A DNA stretch of 64,000 nucleotides from an uncultured virus (IMG/VR IMGVR_UViG_3300050514_000222) (lineage: Duplodnaviria > Heunggongvirae > Uroviricota > Caudoviricetes): the IMG/VR virus record IMGVR_UViG_3300050514_000222. One strand, written 5' to 3'. The notes below the pieces were generated by a model. That model worked only from the letters and a program-made list of their open reading frames with translations. It was not told where the DNA came from and did no database searches. Positions 1-10,440 of the stretch are shown here, one piece after another. The stretch's first letter is position 1. Each line of letters opens with the position of its first letter. Made by a program: the position numbers and the translations under genes.

Positions 1-28
1 CGCGTACACGCTGTCGCCGAGGTAGGTC

Positions 29-853
29 TTACCCGGATCCGGCATGGTCCGCCTCCTTCCGTCCGAACACCCGCGCGTACTCCGCGGCCGTCCTCACGAT
101 CTCCGGCAGCTTGTCGGTGGCCCCGGTCCAGGATCCGCCGCCCCACCAGTAGCCGGCCGCCTTGAGCGCGTCGATGACCGCCCGCTCCGGCCGCTCGGTG
201 AACGTGACCCGCGTGTAGGCGGTCCCGTCACCGGCGGCTCCGAGGTCCACGATCGACACGCCGCCGGCGGCCTCGGCCGTCTCGGTGCGCGCTGTGCGCG
301 CCTTGATGGTCACGATCCGTTCCTTGTCGGTGGCGATCCGCTTCCGGAGGTTCGCGTTCCGGTAGGCCGGGATCGCCTGCTTCTCCCAGTGGCACCGCGC
401 GAGCTCCTCGGCGATGCCGAGCGCCTCCGCGCGCGTCAGCACTCCGGTCGCGACCAGGTGCGTCAGCTTGGCCGCCGGATCCGCTCCGGGTGCCTTACGG
501 TACGCCTTGTTGATCGCCGTGTTCCGGTCCGCCTGCGCGGTGAGTTCCGTGATCCGCGCCTCGAGTTGCTGGACCGCGTCGGCGTCGTCCGAGAAGATCG
601 ACCGCTCGAGCGCGCGTTCCAGGCCGTCCGCCTTGCCGTCGTGGTAGTCGGCGACCTTCAGGTTCTCGAACCCGCGGTCCGTCGCGGCGATGATCCGCGC
701 GCGCTCCGGGATGTGTCCGGGCTGCGTGTTGAAGGCGACGTCGCCGCGGTACTTGTCGCCGCGGGCGAGCAGCGCGTTCCCCTTGCTCCGGCGTCCGTCG
801 GCCCACTCGCGCCGGCGCTCCGCCTTCCGTTCCAACCGTTCACGTCTGGTCAT
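29..853 (-). CDS. DUF3560-like protein (early/leading-region family)
   Basis: N-terminal RRERLERKAERR, QPGH, IFSDDADAVQQLEARI, and C-terminal TFxERPERAVIDALKAAGYWW resemble DUF3560 proteins. Confidence 0.65.
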   Translation of the reverse strand: MTRRERLERKAERRREWADGRRSKGNALLARGDKYRGDVAFNTQPGHIPERARIIAATDRGFENLKVADYHDGKADGLERALERSIFSDDADAVQQLEARITELTAQADRNTAINKAYRKAPGADPAAKLTHLVATGVLTRAEALGIAEELARCHWEKQAIPAYRNANLRKRIATDKERIVTIKARTARTETAEAAGGVSIVDLGAAGDGTAYTRVTFTERPERAVIDALKAAGYWWGGGSWTGATDKLPEIVRTAAEYARVFGRKEADHAGSG

Positions 854-1437
854 CGCGGCCTCCTTCGCACTTGGTGAGTTTCCCCGCGTCCATCGCGGCC
901 TGATCGCGCGTCGCGTGCACGTCCACGAAGTTCCCGCCGTGTCCGCTCGGTCGCTTGCAGGCGACGCCCACCGGCGCCTGACACTGCGGGCACGGCACCT
1001 CGAGTGCCGGGTCCCGCGGCCAGGTCCGGCCGCATCGTCTGCAAGTGATCGGTTTGGACTTCACGCGGCCTCCTTCGACTTGTCCGTCCCGATGCACCGC
1101 GGTGAGCCGCGCGCGGCACTTGTCGCAGGTCGGGAACCGGACCGGACCGACCGCCGACACGGTCACGAGGACCGCGGTCGCCGGCGCCGAGCAGTTCCGC
1201 ACCGCGCATCGGGTGTCGGGTTTGAGGGTCATGGTTTGGTCTCCCTGGAGGCCATCACCAGCGCGTTGTGCGCGGTCTGGTCGGCCTCCTTCTGGCGGAT
1301 GTACGCCTGAGCCTGCTCCGGTTCGCACGCACGTCTCACGATGACCGGCGCGCCGCCGGTGAACGGCCAACGGAGCACGATGACCTTGTCCTGGTCGAGC
1401 GCATCCGGCCGGATCGTCCACTTGAACTTGCGGAGCC

Positions 1438-1659
1438 TCATGCGGCCTCCTGGAACCACGGCGCCCACTGCTTCCCGGCCGCCTTCAGCCGTTCGCTGCG
1501 CTCCCACTCCATCTCGGCCGACCACTCGTAGACCGCCGTGTACTGGGCCTCGTACTCCTCACGCCGCGCCTCGTCCTCGAAGCAGGCGTCGTAGGCCGCC
1601 TCGGCCGCCGCCATCCCGTCCTCCGTCGCGTCCCACCGTTCCCTGGTCTCCTCGTTCAT
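1438..1659 (-). CDS. Small acidic helical hypothetical protein, first gene after a promoter repeat
   Basis: Purine-rich RBS (GAGGAGGGAG) upstream; stop coupled to next gene. Confidence 0.6.
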   Translation of the reverse strand: MNEETRERWDATEDGMAAAEAAYDACFEDEARREEYEAQYTAVYEWSAEMEWERSERLKAAGKQWAPWFQEAA

Positions 1660-1683
1660 CGCGTCTCCCTCCTCTGTCCACCA

Positions 1684-1726
1684 TTATGATGCGGGAAACG
1701 TCGCATGGATTCAACAACTATTTTGC
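1684..1726 (-). promoter_or_regulatory. Early promoter motif copy 1: GCAAAATAGTTG-TTGAAT-17bp-CATCAT
   Basis: 43-bp exact inverted copy of 6136-6178; AT-rich island upstream of an RBS and ORF. Confidence 0.75.
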
Positions 1727-1981
1727 TGTATCGTCGCAACGTGGGTCGGGACAAAGGCTACATGCTCCCCCATTTCCTGGCCTCGCCCCACAGCGCGGAC
1801 AGCGGCCGGTAGGCCGGCATGAACAGGTCCTCCTCGATCTCCGTCCGGTAGATCTCCTGCCCGTCGAGCTCCCGGGTGAACTGCGACATCCGCTTCTCGG
1901 CGAAGTCGCAGATGTCCGTGAGCGCGTCGGCGAAAGCCTTCTGGTTGTGCTCCCCGACGATGTAGCGCACGTCCTTGATCG

Positions 1982-2326
1982 TCATGTCGCCTCCGTGGGT
2001 GTGGGCGGCGTCCGGTACAGGTCCCGGAGTCTCCGGGTCTCGATCGGCGCCTGACGGATGGTCAGCTCCCGCGCGTAGTACCTGCCGGTCTTCTGGAAGG
2101 AGACCAGGCAGAGGTAGGTGGGCTCCCCGGTGACCGGGTCGGAGCTCGCTGCCTCCGAGCAGGCGAACCCGCCGGCGAAGTAGATCGGCGGCAGCACCTC
2201 CAGGAAGTACCACCAGTTCTTCTCGCTGGTGCGGACCCACGCGCCGGGGTTCTCGTCCACGGCGGTCGGCGTCCACTGCTCGGCGGTCGTCTCGACGACC
2301 TTCAGCTCCTGCACGGTGTCTGTCAT
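1982..2326 (-). CDS. DUF1419-like protein
   Basis: WYFLEVLPPIYFAGGFACSE motif; GAAGGAGG RBS. Confidence 0.5.
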   Translation of the reverse strand: MTDTVQELKVVETTAEQWTPTAVDENPGAWVRTSEKNWWYFLEVLPPIYFAGGFACSEAASSDPVTGEPTYLCLVSFQKTGRYYARELTIRQAPIETRRLRDLYRTPPTPTEAT

Positions 2327-2670
2327 CGGTCCTCCTTCGTGATCCGGTGGGACAGCCTCGCGGCGAGGTCCTTCGGGATCCACCGCACGATCAGCCTCGG
2401 CGTGTTCACCGCGCGCGCCGTTTGCGCGGCCGCGCGCTGCCAGTCGTCCGACCACTTGCGCCCGACGCCGTAGCCGGGCACGTGTCGGTTGATTCGGTCG
2501 TGCAGACCCTCCGCTAGCCGCGCCAGGATCCGCGCGGCGGAGTCCGCGAAGTAGTCGAAGCCGGCGACCTGCGCGTCACGGTCCATGTCGAGGAGCGCGC
2601 GCCAGGACCGGACGTACTCGCCGAGCGTGACCTGCCGGCCGTTCGGGAGACCCACTACGCGTGTCGTCAT
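2323..2670 (-). CDS. Hypothetical early protein (MTTRVVGLPNG...)
   Basis: RBS plus ATG at 2670; coupled overlaps at both ends. Confidence 0.55.
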   Translation of the reverse strand: MTTRVVGLPNGRQVTLGEYVRSWRALLDMDRDAQVAGFDYFADSAARILARLAEGLHDRINRHVPGYGVGRKWSDDWQRAAAQTARAVNTPRLIVRWIPKDLAARLSHRITKEDR

Positions 2671-2966
2671 GCACCCTCCTTCTCCATGGCGGCCCGCGCC
2701 GCACCGGATCCGTACCGCTTGTCGTAGGCGGCCTCCTGGAGCTTCCGTAGCGTCGCCTCGCACCGTTCCGCCACGGCGTCGTAGCTGTCGGCCGCGTTCC
2801 CGTCGGTGCCCTCCGTCCAGAGCGTCCAGGACGCCGCGTGTCCGGAGCGGATCGTCGTGCCGGCGCCGCGGAGCGCGACCAGCGCGGCCGCGTCCTCGTA
2901 GTACTTGAAGGCGGCGACGTACTCGCCGGTCGGCGTGTAGACCTTGATGTTCGGGGTGGCTCCCAT
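2667..2966 (-). CDS. Hypothetical early protein (MGATPNIKVY...)
   Basis: RBS plus ATG at 2966; coupled overlaps. Confidence 0.55.
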   Translation of the reverse strand: MGATPNIKVYTPTGEYVAAFKYYEDAAALVALRGAGTTIRSGHAASWTLWTEGTDGNAADSYDAVAERCEATLRKLQEAAYDKRYGSGAARAAMEKEGA

Positions 2967-3697
2967 CAGATCCTCCCTTCCGGTTCCGGCGGTCCCATGC
3001 CGGTCGCCGAGTCGATGCTGTTCTGCGTCTCGTCGATCTTCCGCGTGAGCCATCCCACCAGCCGCGAGTTGGCGGCGTCGGTGGCCAGCTTCAGCGAACG
3101 GTCGAGCATCTCCATATCCTCCTCGAGCTCCGCGACGTCGGCGCCCGGCGTGTTGATCGGAACAGCCTTCGGCTTCTCCGCGTCCAGCAGGCGGGCCATC
3201 GCGCTGTCGTTCTCCATACGTTCCTCCTTCACAGTCCGTAGGACTGGGCAAGGGATTCGTTCTGTTCCTCGGTCGACGCCAGCACGCACTCGAAGGCGAT
3301 CCGCGCCTCCCGCGCGAACGTCGCACGGTCGAGCGAGTCGAGCGTCCCGCGTTCCAGCCGCATCCACGCCTCGACGTGGCGCGCCTGGTTCGGGAAGCAC
3401 CGCAACCGCTCGGTGATCATGTCCTGGTAGAAGGTCCTCATTTCGTCCCTCCTGATCTCAGCGCGGTCGCGAGCGCGTCCTCGAACGTCGCACCCTCGCC
3501 GAGGATGTTGTCCCAATCCAGCTGCCAGAGTCCGAACTTGTCCTGCTTCTCCAACGCGACGCACCACACCATCTGGTGCTTCCGCGCCGGCGCGGCCGGG
3601 TCCCTCTCGGCACCGACGGCCGACCTCTTGAAGACGCGGACGTGCCGGCCGCCGAAGGCCGCCGTGGCCGACTTCTGGACCTGCGCCATCGTCGGTC

Positions 3698-3871
3698 TCA
3701 CGCATCCTCCTGGGCGTACCGGAGGGCGCGCGCCGCGGCCGACTTGGCCGGGAGGTCGTCCTCGTACCAGTCGCGGTACGGCTGGTCGGGAAGGTCGTCC
3801 GCCGCGAGGCCGGCCTTGGCCTCGAGCCACGCGTCCACCGCCTTCTTCCACTGCTCGAAGGTCTTCTTCAT
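3698..3871 (-). CDS. Small acidic DUF5419-like protein
   Basis: MKKTFEQWKKAVDAWL...DDLPDQPYRDWYEDD pattern; first gene after the leftward promoter. Confidence 0.5.
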   Translation of the reverse strand: MKKTFEQWKKAVDAWLEAKAGLAADDLPDQPYRDWYEDDLPAKSAAARALRYAQEDA

Positions 3872-3940
3872 CGGTCCCTCCGTTTCCGGGTCCCCGACTC
3901 CGCTTCCGCCGCCCCACCCCTCTCCACTTGTTTCGATTCC

Positions 3941-3981
3941 ATAGTGGGGCCTGGGATTCATAAAAGAAACAATTATTTTGC
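3941..3981 (-). promoter_or_regulatory. Early promoter motif copy 2 (leftward, degenerate): GCAAAATAATTG-TTTCTT-17bp-CACTAT
   Basis: Same GCAAAAYARTTGTT head and same spacing as the other copies. Confidence 0.55.
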
Positions 3982-4046
3982 GATAACGCCGCACCAGCCT
4001 CGCAAGTCCTTGCGGGTGACGCGCTTGCGGGTGGCTGATTTTTGAC

Positions 4047-4089
4047 GCAAAACAGTTGTTGAATCTCTGATGTCCATGGCGCATCATAA
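4047..4089 (+). promoter_or_regulatory. Early promoter motif copy 3 (rightward): GCAAAACAGTTG-TTGAAT-17bp-CATCAT
   Basis: Boxes conserved while the spacer sequence differs; divergent from copy 2. Confidence 0.7.
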
Positions 4090-5363
4090 CAGTGTGAGAG
4101 ACGGGAGAGACAGGAAGGACGGAGGAAGGAAGGGAGGAAGGGACATGAAGGACATGAGACAGGCCGCCGGGAACCACCGGTTCCCCTGCGACGCGTGCGG
4201 GAAGGAACGGCCGGCCAGGATGATGAGACGGTACGCGGACGACGCCGGGAAGTGCACGATGCGGTGCGCCGGGTGCGCGCCGGCCGGACAGGCCGGGAAC
4301 CCGCTGTTCACCATGAAGTACGCGATGCAGAGGGCGGCGTGAACGCCGACCGCGACAGGGACGGGACGGACCAGCGGGAACGCGCACCGTGGCTCGAGAC
4401 CTTTGGGCGGACCGCGCGGGAGTACGTGGCGGAGATGGCGGCACGGATGGACCGGATGGCCGCGGAAGTGGGACCGGGTACCAACCGCGGTGCGACGATC
4501 CGGGCGCGCACCGCCCGGGCTGCCGGTGCGACGGCGGCGAACCCCTACTCTAACGACGGAGGTAGGATGAGCAAGGCTGGAAGGTTGATGCAGCGAGGGT
4601 GGCTGAAACTCGCGGTCCGCGAACGGGCGGCCGCGGTGCTGGACAGGACGCTCACGGTCGCCTACCGCGGACCGCGGACGTTGAACGCCAGGACGCGCGT
4701 GGCGCGGTTCCTGGACACCGGTCAGGGCAACATCATGCAGATCCTGAAGGACCTGACCTGGCTCGAACAGGTGGCGAAGGAGGTGGCGTGATGGAAGGCG
4801 GATGGTTCGACCCGGAGGCGATCGAGTCCGAACGGCTCGACGCGGACATGGAGCAGGCGGAGCTCGAACGCGAGGGGAACCTGGCGGCGCGGGCGCTCCG
4901 ACGGATGCGGAAGCTGCGGGCGGCCGGCAAGCTGGCGGAGGCCGCGGCGGCGTGCACGCACGGATGGACCCGGGGGCACGGACCGTGGCCGCGACCGGCC
5001 GGCGCGCCGGACGACAACGTGTGCAACCACTGCGGATCGGTGATCCGCGGGTTCGGCCGGGACGCGGAGGTGCTCGAGCCCTGCCGATTCGACCCGGAGG
5101 ACGGAGAATGATCGACAAGGCGACGCTCGAGACGACGTTGATGGAGCTCAGGAAGGAGTCCAAGCGCGCGTGGGACGCGATCGGTGACGGCGACGAGGAC
5201 GACTCCGGCTGGCGCCGGCGCGCGACGGTCTACGCGAAGGACGTGGAGCGCGCGGAGGAGTCGGTGGCGCGGTTCGTCTCCTGGATCGCGAATCTCGACT
5301 ACGCCCGCGCTGGCGAGGGTTGGGGCGATTGCATCCCCGGAAGCGATCATAGCTGCATCTGCG

Positions 5364-5389
5364 AGGTGTCCCGATGAGCGCGCCCGCGA
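5364..5389 (+). repeat. 26-bp direct repeat copy 1 (RBS plus start: AGGTGTCCCGATGAGCGCGCCCGCGA)
   Basis: Identical to 5782-5807. Confidence 0.85.
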
Positions 5390-5604
5390 ATCCGCGCCCT
5401 CGGCCAATGAGTAAACTTCCGATCAAGCCCGGAACACGATGCGAGTGCGCGAATATCGAATGTCCGGCGGGGTCCTACTGCCCCAATAAGGCGGTCGTTA
5501 AGGTGACAATCCGCAAACTCGTTCCTGTTGGACGCGGCAAAGGCTACAAAACCTATCTTATGTGTCGATTCTGCGCCTCATTCCACGAGAGGGCGAGAAA
5601 GTGA
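5374..5604 (+). CDS. Small Cys-rich (Zn-binding) protein
   Basis: CECxxxxC, C, CxxC; starts within the repeat. Confidence 0.5.
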   Translation: MSAPANPRPRPMSKLPIKPGTRCECANIECPAGSYCPNKAVVKVTIRKLVPVGRGKGYKTYLMCRFCASFHERARK

Positions 5605-5781
5605 GCTTTGCCATGAGTGAAGGATGGGGCACGCCCGTAGAGGGTGTTCAGATGCATTACTTCCGCCGAGGAAAATCGCTTTGCGGGCGGAAGAAGTTTT
5701 TCGGCCCGCCGATGCTTCTGCGCGAACGCGGAACCGTGAATGAGAATCTCGCGTGCGCCAGGTGTCTCGCCCGCCTCGCCA

Positions 5782-5807
5782 AGGTGTCCCGATGAGCGCG
5801 CCCGCGA
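5782..5807 (+). repeat. 26-bp direct repeat copy 2
   Basis: Identical to 5364-5389. Confidence 0.85.
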
Positions 5808-6135
5808 TTGATGCCCAGGTCAAGGCGAGCCCGAACGGTGGTTGGAATCTCGTGGTAAACGGTCGCGTCGAGGTCGCCGACGAGTCCTACGCGGTCTGCG
5901 AGGCCGTGTGGTGCGAACTCATGTCGTCTCTGCCGCGCCCGTATTCCGAGGCGTCCGAGATCGCCGACTCGATCCGCGCCGACCACGCGCAGGCCCAACG
6001 ATGACCGACTCTGCTACTGGCCCGCCTGATGTGGAGGCTAGCGTTCTGTCCACCCTTATCCACGGCGAGTTCGACCGCCTTCGCGCCGAAGTGATTCGCG
6101 TGCATCTTTCCGCACTTGGCACTGGCCGTAGCCTC

Positions 6136-6178
6136 GCAAAATAGTTGTTGAATCCATGCGACGTTTCCCGCATCATAA
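6136..6178 (+). promoter_or_regulatory. Early promoter motif copy 4
   Basis: 43-bp exact inverted copy of 1684-1726; followed by a GGGAGG RBS and ATG at 6201. Confidence 0.75.
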
Positions 6179-6935
6179 CGGTGTGGGAAGGGAGGTACCG
6201 ATGGAACTGACGATCTTCGACGCGGTGACCGGGAGGTCGCGGACGCTCGCACGGCACGTCGAGGCTGTACGCGAAGCGCGCGCCTACGCACGGCGGTGCA
6301 CCCGGATGGAACCGCACTACCGCCGGCTGCTGGCGGTGCTGCGGACCGAGGCCGACCGTCACGACGACGGCGCGGTGAAGGACCTCTTGAACGACACGGC
6401 GACGTGTCTGGAAACGGAGGCCGCATGACGAGGTACGACGTGTATGCGACGCCAATGGCGTCGGCCACGCTTCCAGGACCGCGGACCGAGGCCGAGACCA
6501 GGTCGTGGATCCTGATCGCCTCACGCATGACGCGCGAACGCGCGGAGCGGTACGCCGCGGCCGCCGTGGAGCGGAGCGGCTGGAAGGGCGCGCGGGTGTT
6601 CGAGGCCAAGTCGCCCGGCGCGATGGTGTACGAGATCGGTGCGGAGGCCGACACGCCGGCCGGCCCGGACGGCGACCCAGGATCCGCGTGCGGCGCCGGC
6701 TGCGGCTGGTGCGGGCGGTGCACGTGAGCCGCTGGGCGGTGTACGAAGCCTCGCGCGGCCGCTACCGCGCGCGTCCGTACGACGTGGCGCGCGACGGTTG
6801 CGTCTGCATCGCCGGCGGCACCGGCGCGGAGAGCCGTGGCCGGGCGCTGCGCCTGGCCGCGGGATTCAACGACGACGTGGACAAGGCGCGCGCCGACCGG
6901 CGCACGCGGATCCTCACCCGCACCACGGAGGTCCC

Positions 6936-7601
6936 ATGCTCTACCATCGCGACATCCTGAAGGCCGCCGGCGCGTTCGTCTCGAAGGACAAGACGCGGCC
7001 GGCGATCACCGGGCTGCGCCTCAAGGGCGGCACGGTCGAGGCGACCGACGGTCACGCGCTCGTGCGGTTCGGCGCGAACGGCGCCCGCGCGGACGAGTTC
7101 CCGCAGCTCCCCGGCGTCACGGCCGCCCCGGCCGAGCTCCAGGCGATCGTGCCGATGCCGGCGGTCAAGGCCGCCTGCGCGGCGACCGCGCGTCGCGGAT
7201 CGCTCCCGATCCTCGAGCACGTCCTGCTCGCCGTGCCGGACGGCGCCGACAAGGTCAAGCTGGCGGCGACCGACCTGGACACGAACTACGTCGGCGAGAG
7301 CCGACCCTCCAGCGACGTCTTCCCGGCCACCGACAAGGTGTTCCCGTCCGGAGAGCCGGTCCTGCGCGTCGGGTTCGACGTCTCCATCCTCGCGCGGGTG
7401 TTCGGCGCCCTGGAGAAGGTGGCGCGCGGCACGACGGCGCTCGACACCGTCACCCTGGAGTTCCACGGACCGGGTAAGGCGATGGTGTTCAGGTTCGACA
7501 CGGCGCACGGTGCGGCGACCGGCCTGGTGATGCCGGTCCTCCTGACGGAGGACGCCGAGAAGGTGGCCGCCGCCGCCGCTCGTCGCCTGTCCGCGAAATA
7601 G
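6936..7601 (+). CDS. Truncated DNA polymerase III beta (sliding-clamp)-like protein, 221 aa
   Basis: SKDKTRPAITG, EATDGHAL, LPILEHVLL, ATDLD, FPxxxxVFP, VGFD and LVMPV motifs typical of DnaN. Confidence 0.7.
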   Translation: MLYHRDILKAAGAFVSKDKTRPAITGLRLKGGTVEATDGHALVRFGANGARADEFPQLPGVTAAPAELQAIVPMPAVKAACAATARRGSLPILEHVLLAVPDGADKVKLAATDLDTNYVGESRPSSDVFPATDKVFPSGEPVLRVGFDVSILARVFGALEKVARGTTALDTVTLEFHGPGKAMVFRFDTAHGAATGLVMPVLLTEDAEKVAAAAARRLSAK

Positions 7602-7641
7602 GCGCACGGACGCGCCGGAACGGCCGCGCGAATTTTTCCGC

Positions 7642-7670
7642 TTGCCGGCTCCGGACGGCGGGCGTAATTT
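7642..7670 (+). promoter_or_regulatory. Putative sigma70 promoter TTGCCG-17bp-TAATTT
   Basis: Consensus-like boxes, 17-bp spacer, T-tract upstream, intergenic. Confidence 0.5.
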
Positions 7671-7752
7671 CCGGCCTTCGAGCCGTGAGCCGCGTGCGGG
7701 CCTCTCCCGCCGGGCGTCGCGGACGGGGTGGTGGACGGGACCGAATCCTCTC

Positions 7753-8115
7753 ATGACGGACAGACTCGACGGACCGAGACGTTCCGCGCTGATGCGCGGG
7801 ATCCCACGCGCCGGCACCGCGCCGGAACGAGCGGCGCGCGCGATCGCGCGGCTCTCCGGCCTGCCGTACCGCATCAACTCCTCCGGCCTGCCCGGCTCGC
7901 CCGACCTGGTCTTCCCGACCGAACGGATCGCCGTGTTCGTGCACGGCTGCTTCTGGCACCGGCACACGTGCGCCCGCGGCCGACGCGTGCCCGCCACCAA
8001 CACCGCGTTCTGGACGGACAAGTTCTCCGCGAACCGCCGGAGGGACCGGCGCGTCACCGAGCGCCTCCGCGCGATGGGATGGGAGGTCGTGACGATGTGG
8101 GAGTGCGAGTTGTGA
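7753..8115 (+). CDS. vsr: Very-short-patch repair endonuclease
   Basis: RSxxMxxI, PE, LPGSPDLVF, FVHGCFWHxH, NxxRD, GWxVxxxWECE. Confidence 0.9.
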   Translation: MTDRLDGPRRSALMRGIPRAGTAPERAARAIARLSGLPYRINSSGLPGSPDLVFPTERIAVFVHGCFWHRHTCARGRRVPATNTAFWTDKFSANRRRDRRVTERLRAMGWEVVTMWECEL

Positions 8116-8793
8116 CGAAGCCCGCACCGACCCGGACCTGCGCCACCTGCGGCGGCGGCGTCATCGGCCAGCCGTGGGCACGCGGGCTCCGGCCCAAGTG
8201 CGTGCAGTGCGGACACTGGGAGGAGGATTGCAGGTGCCCGCCACGTGAGGGTCACGTCCGGCGGGAGCCGGAGAAACCTAAGACCAGGATGAAGGTGGTG
8301 GCGCGTTCGACTGACGGAACGGGAGGCGAAACTGAGAAGCGCAAACCCGGTCCCACCACCGTAGATCCAATCGAGGCCGCGCTCGCGGTCCTGCGCGGCG
8401 AGCGCGACGAGATCCAGGACGTCATCGACCGGCTCGAACGTCGCCGGCAGATCTGGCGCGGAGGGAAGGACGCATGAGACCCGGCGACCACTGGCCGGTG
8501 CCGGCACCGCCGGTCCGGAAGATCCTCACGCACGGACACCTGCGGCTCCGGCACGGCGAGCCCCACTGGTTCGGCGCCGAGGATCCGACGTGCACGCATC
8601 CGTCGGTACGCGAGATGTGCCTGCACAACGGGGTGACGCGGATGTTGGTGGGCGTCGGCTACTCATGCACGTGGTGCGACGCGATCTGGACCGCGATGTG
8701 GCATCCGGAGGATTGCGGCTTCCTCCCCAAACGCTGGCGTCCCGTCGACGTCCCGTACTACGGCCCGACCTCGAACTTGGTGGGGAGGTGCGC

Positions 8794-9372
8794 GTGAGGC
8801 TCGGATCCTGGCAGTTCCTCGAGACGGAGCGCATCGCGGACGATCCCGTCCTCGGCCCGCTCCTCGTCCGGCACAAGATCGTCAAGGGGCCGGCGTTCGG
8901 CCTGTGCGTGCACGAGCTCCGCCGGTCCGACTACGACCGCGCGCTGCACGACCATCCCTGGTGGTTCGTCTCGCTCGTGCTCCGCGGCGGGTACTGGGAG
9001 GAGTACCACCTGGCGGACGTGCCAAGGTGGGGCGATCCGTTCATGCAGGACGGCGTCACCTCCTTCGAGGTGCGTTCGACGCGCTGGCGCGGTGTCGGCT
9101 CCGTCGCGTTCCGTCCGGCGCGGTGGCGACACAAGGTCCGACTCCTGACGAAGGCCACCTCACACGCGTACCTCACCGATGCGGAGTACGAACGGTCGAG
9201 GCTCGACCCGGACCGCGACCGTTCGATCCCCGCCTGGACGCTGATCCTCATGGGGCCGCGCGTCCGCCGGTGGGGATTCTGGGTGGACGGGAAGTGGTGC
9301 TGGTGGCGGAGACACGATCCCGCACGGAACATCTGCGCGGACGACGTGCTCCACACCGGAGGCGGCGATTGA
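8794..9372 (+). CDS. Phage cupin-fold (RmlC-like) protein
   Basis: HxxxRSDxDRALHDHPWxFVSLVLRGGYxE ... H ... WTL ... WGFW. Confidence 0.65.
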   Translation: MRLGSWQFLETERIADDPVLGPLLVRHKIVKGPAFGLCVHELRRSDYDRALHDHPWWFVSLVLRGGYWEEYHLADVPRWGDPFMQDGVTSFEVRSTRWRGVGSVAFRPARWRHKVRLLTKATSHAYLTDAEYERSRLDPDRDRSIPAWTLILMGPRVRRWGFWVDGKWCWWRRHDPARNICADDVLHTGGGD

Positions 9373-10440
9373 GGATGCGGAAGCTCATCCAGGAACAGAT
9401 GGCCGCCGGCATGAGGCGGTGCGGCCGCTGGCCGGTCCGGATCCTCGTCCCGCCCTCCATGCGCGAGGAGTTCGTCGAGGAGGCGCTCGAGCAGCTCCGC
9501 TACTTCGCGCCGAAGCTGGTGGACGGCGACATCACCGACGACCTGCTGAAACAGTACCTCGGCGTGACGATCGAGTTCACCGACGAGGCGATCGACGGAC
9601 CGTACGCCATCTTCCCGGGGCGCGACTGATGCCGCGCGTCATGGGCAGCCTGGCGAACCACGTGTGGATCCAGGTCGAGGACGGTGCCTTCACCTGCCGG
9701 TACTGCCGCACCGAGATGCGGTGCGTCCACGGTCCGGACGGACTGCTGACGGCGCACATCTACGCCGGGACGTTCCGGATGGTCGACGTCATGCTGATGT
9801 TGCGCGGCGAGAATCCCGGCGCGCTTGTAGTGGGCGAGGAGGGGAGATGATCCCGACGAGGGTCTCCGTCTACGAGTCCGGTCACGGCTACACCTGGTGG
9901 GACGTGTCGCGTCCGAAGGACGTGCCGGAGATGTTCAAGGTCGTCGTGGTCCCGCGCACCGACCAGTCCGGACCGGCGTACAGATATGCGGAGACGATGG
10001 ACCGCGCGGCGCGCGCCGTCCAGGACGCGATGATCCTCGAACAGCAAGGAGGCGGCGGATGATCCTCTGCGACGTCCTGTTCTGCCGGAACGAGGCCGTA
10101 CGGACCCTCACGTCCGCTGCGTGTTCGGTCTGCACAAGTGGGGAGGAGGCGCCGATGCCGCCCGGCTGGTACCTGTGGTGGGCCGACTACCGGCGCTGCG
10201 TCCAATGCGGCGCGTACGAGGCGCGGACGATCGACACACCGTGGCAACGGATCCTGTACAGGAGCGACGAGCCGTGACAGTGTTCGTCGCGATACACCGC
10301 ACACACGACTCCACCGGCATCCTCGGCATCTTCTCGACCGAGGAGGCGGCGTGGGACCGCTTGTGCCGGGACGACTGCGTAGATCCGTCGTATGCGGCGT
10401 ACGTCGTGGAACGGTTCGAGCTGGACGTCGAGGTCGACGA

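Noticed and set aside
4095..4160. Purine-rich GGA/GAAGG run after promoter copy 3
   Set aside because: No regular period; explained as a leader with stacked SD-like motifs.
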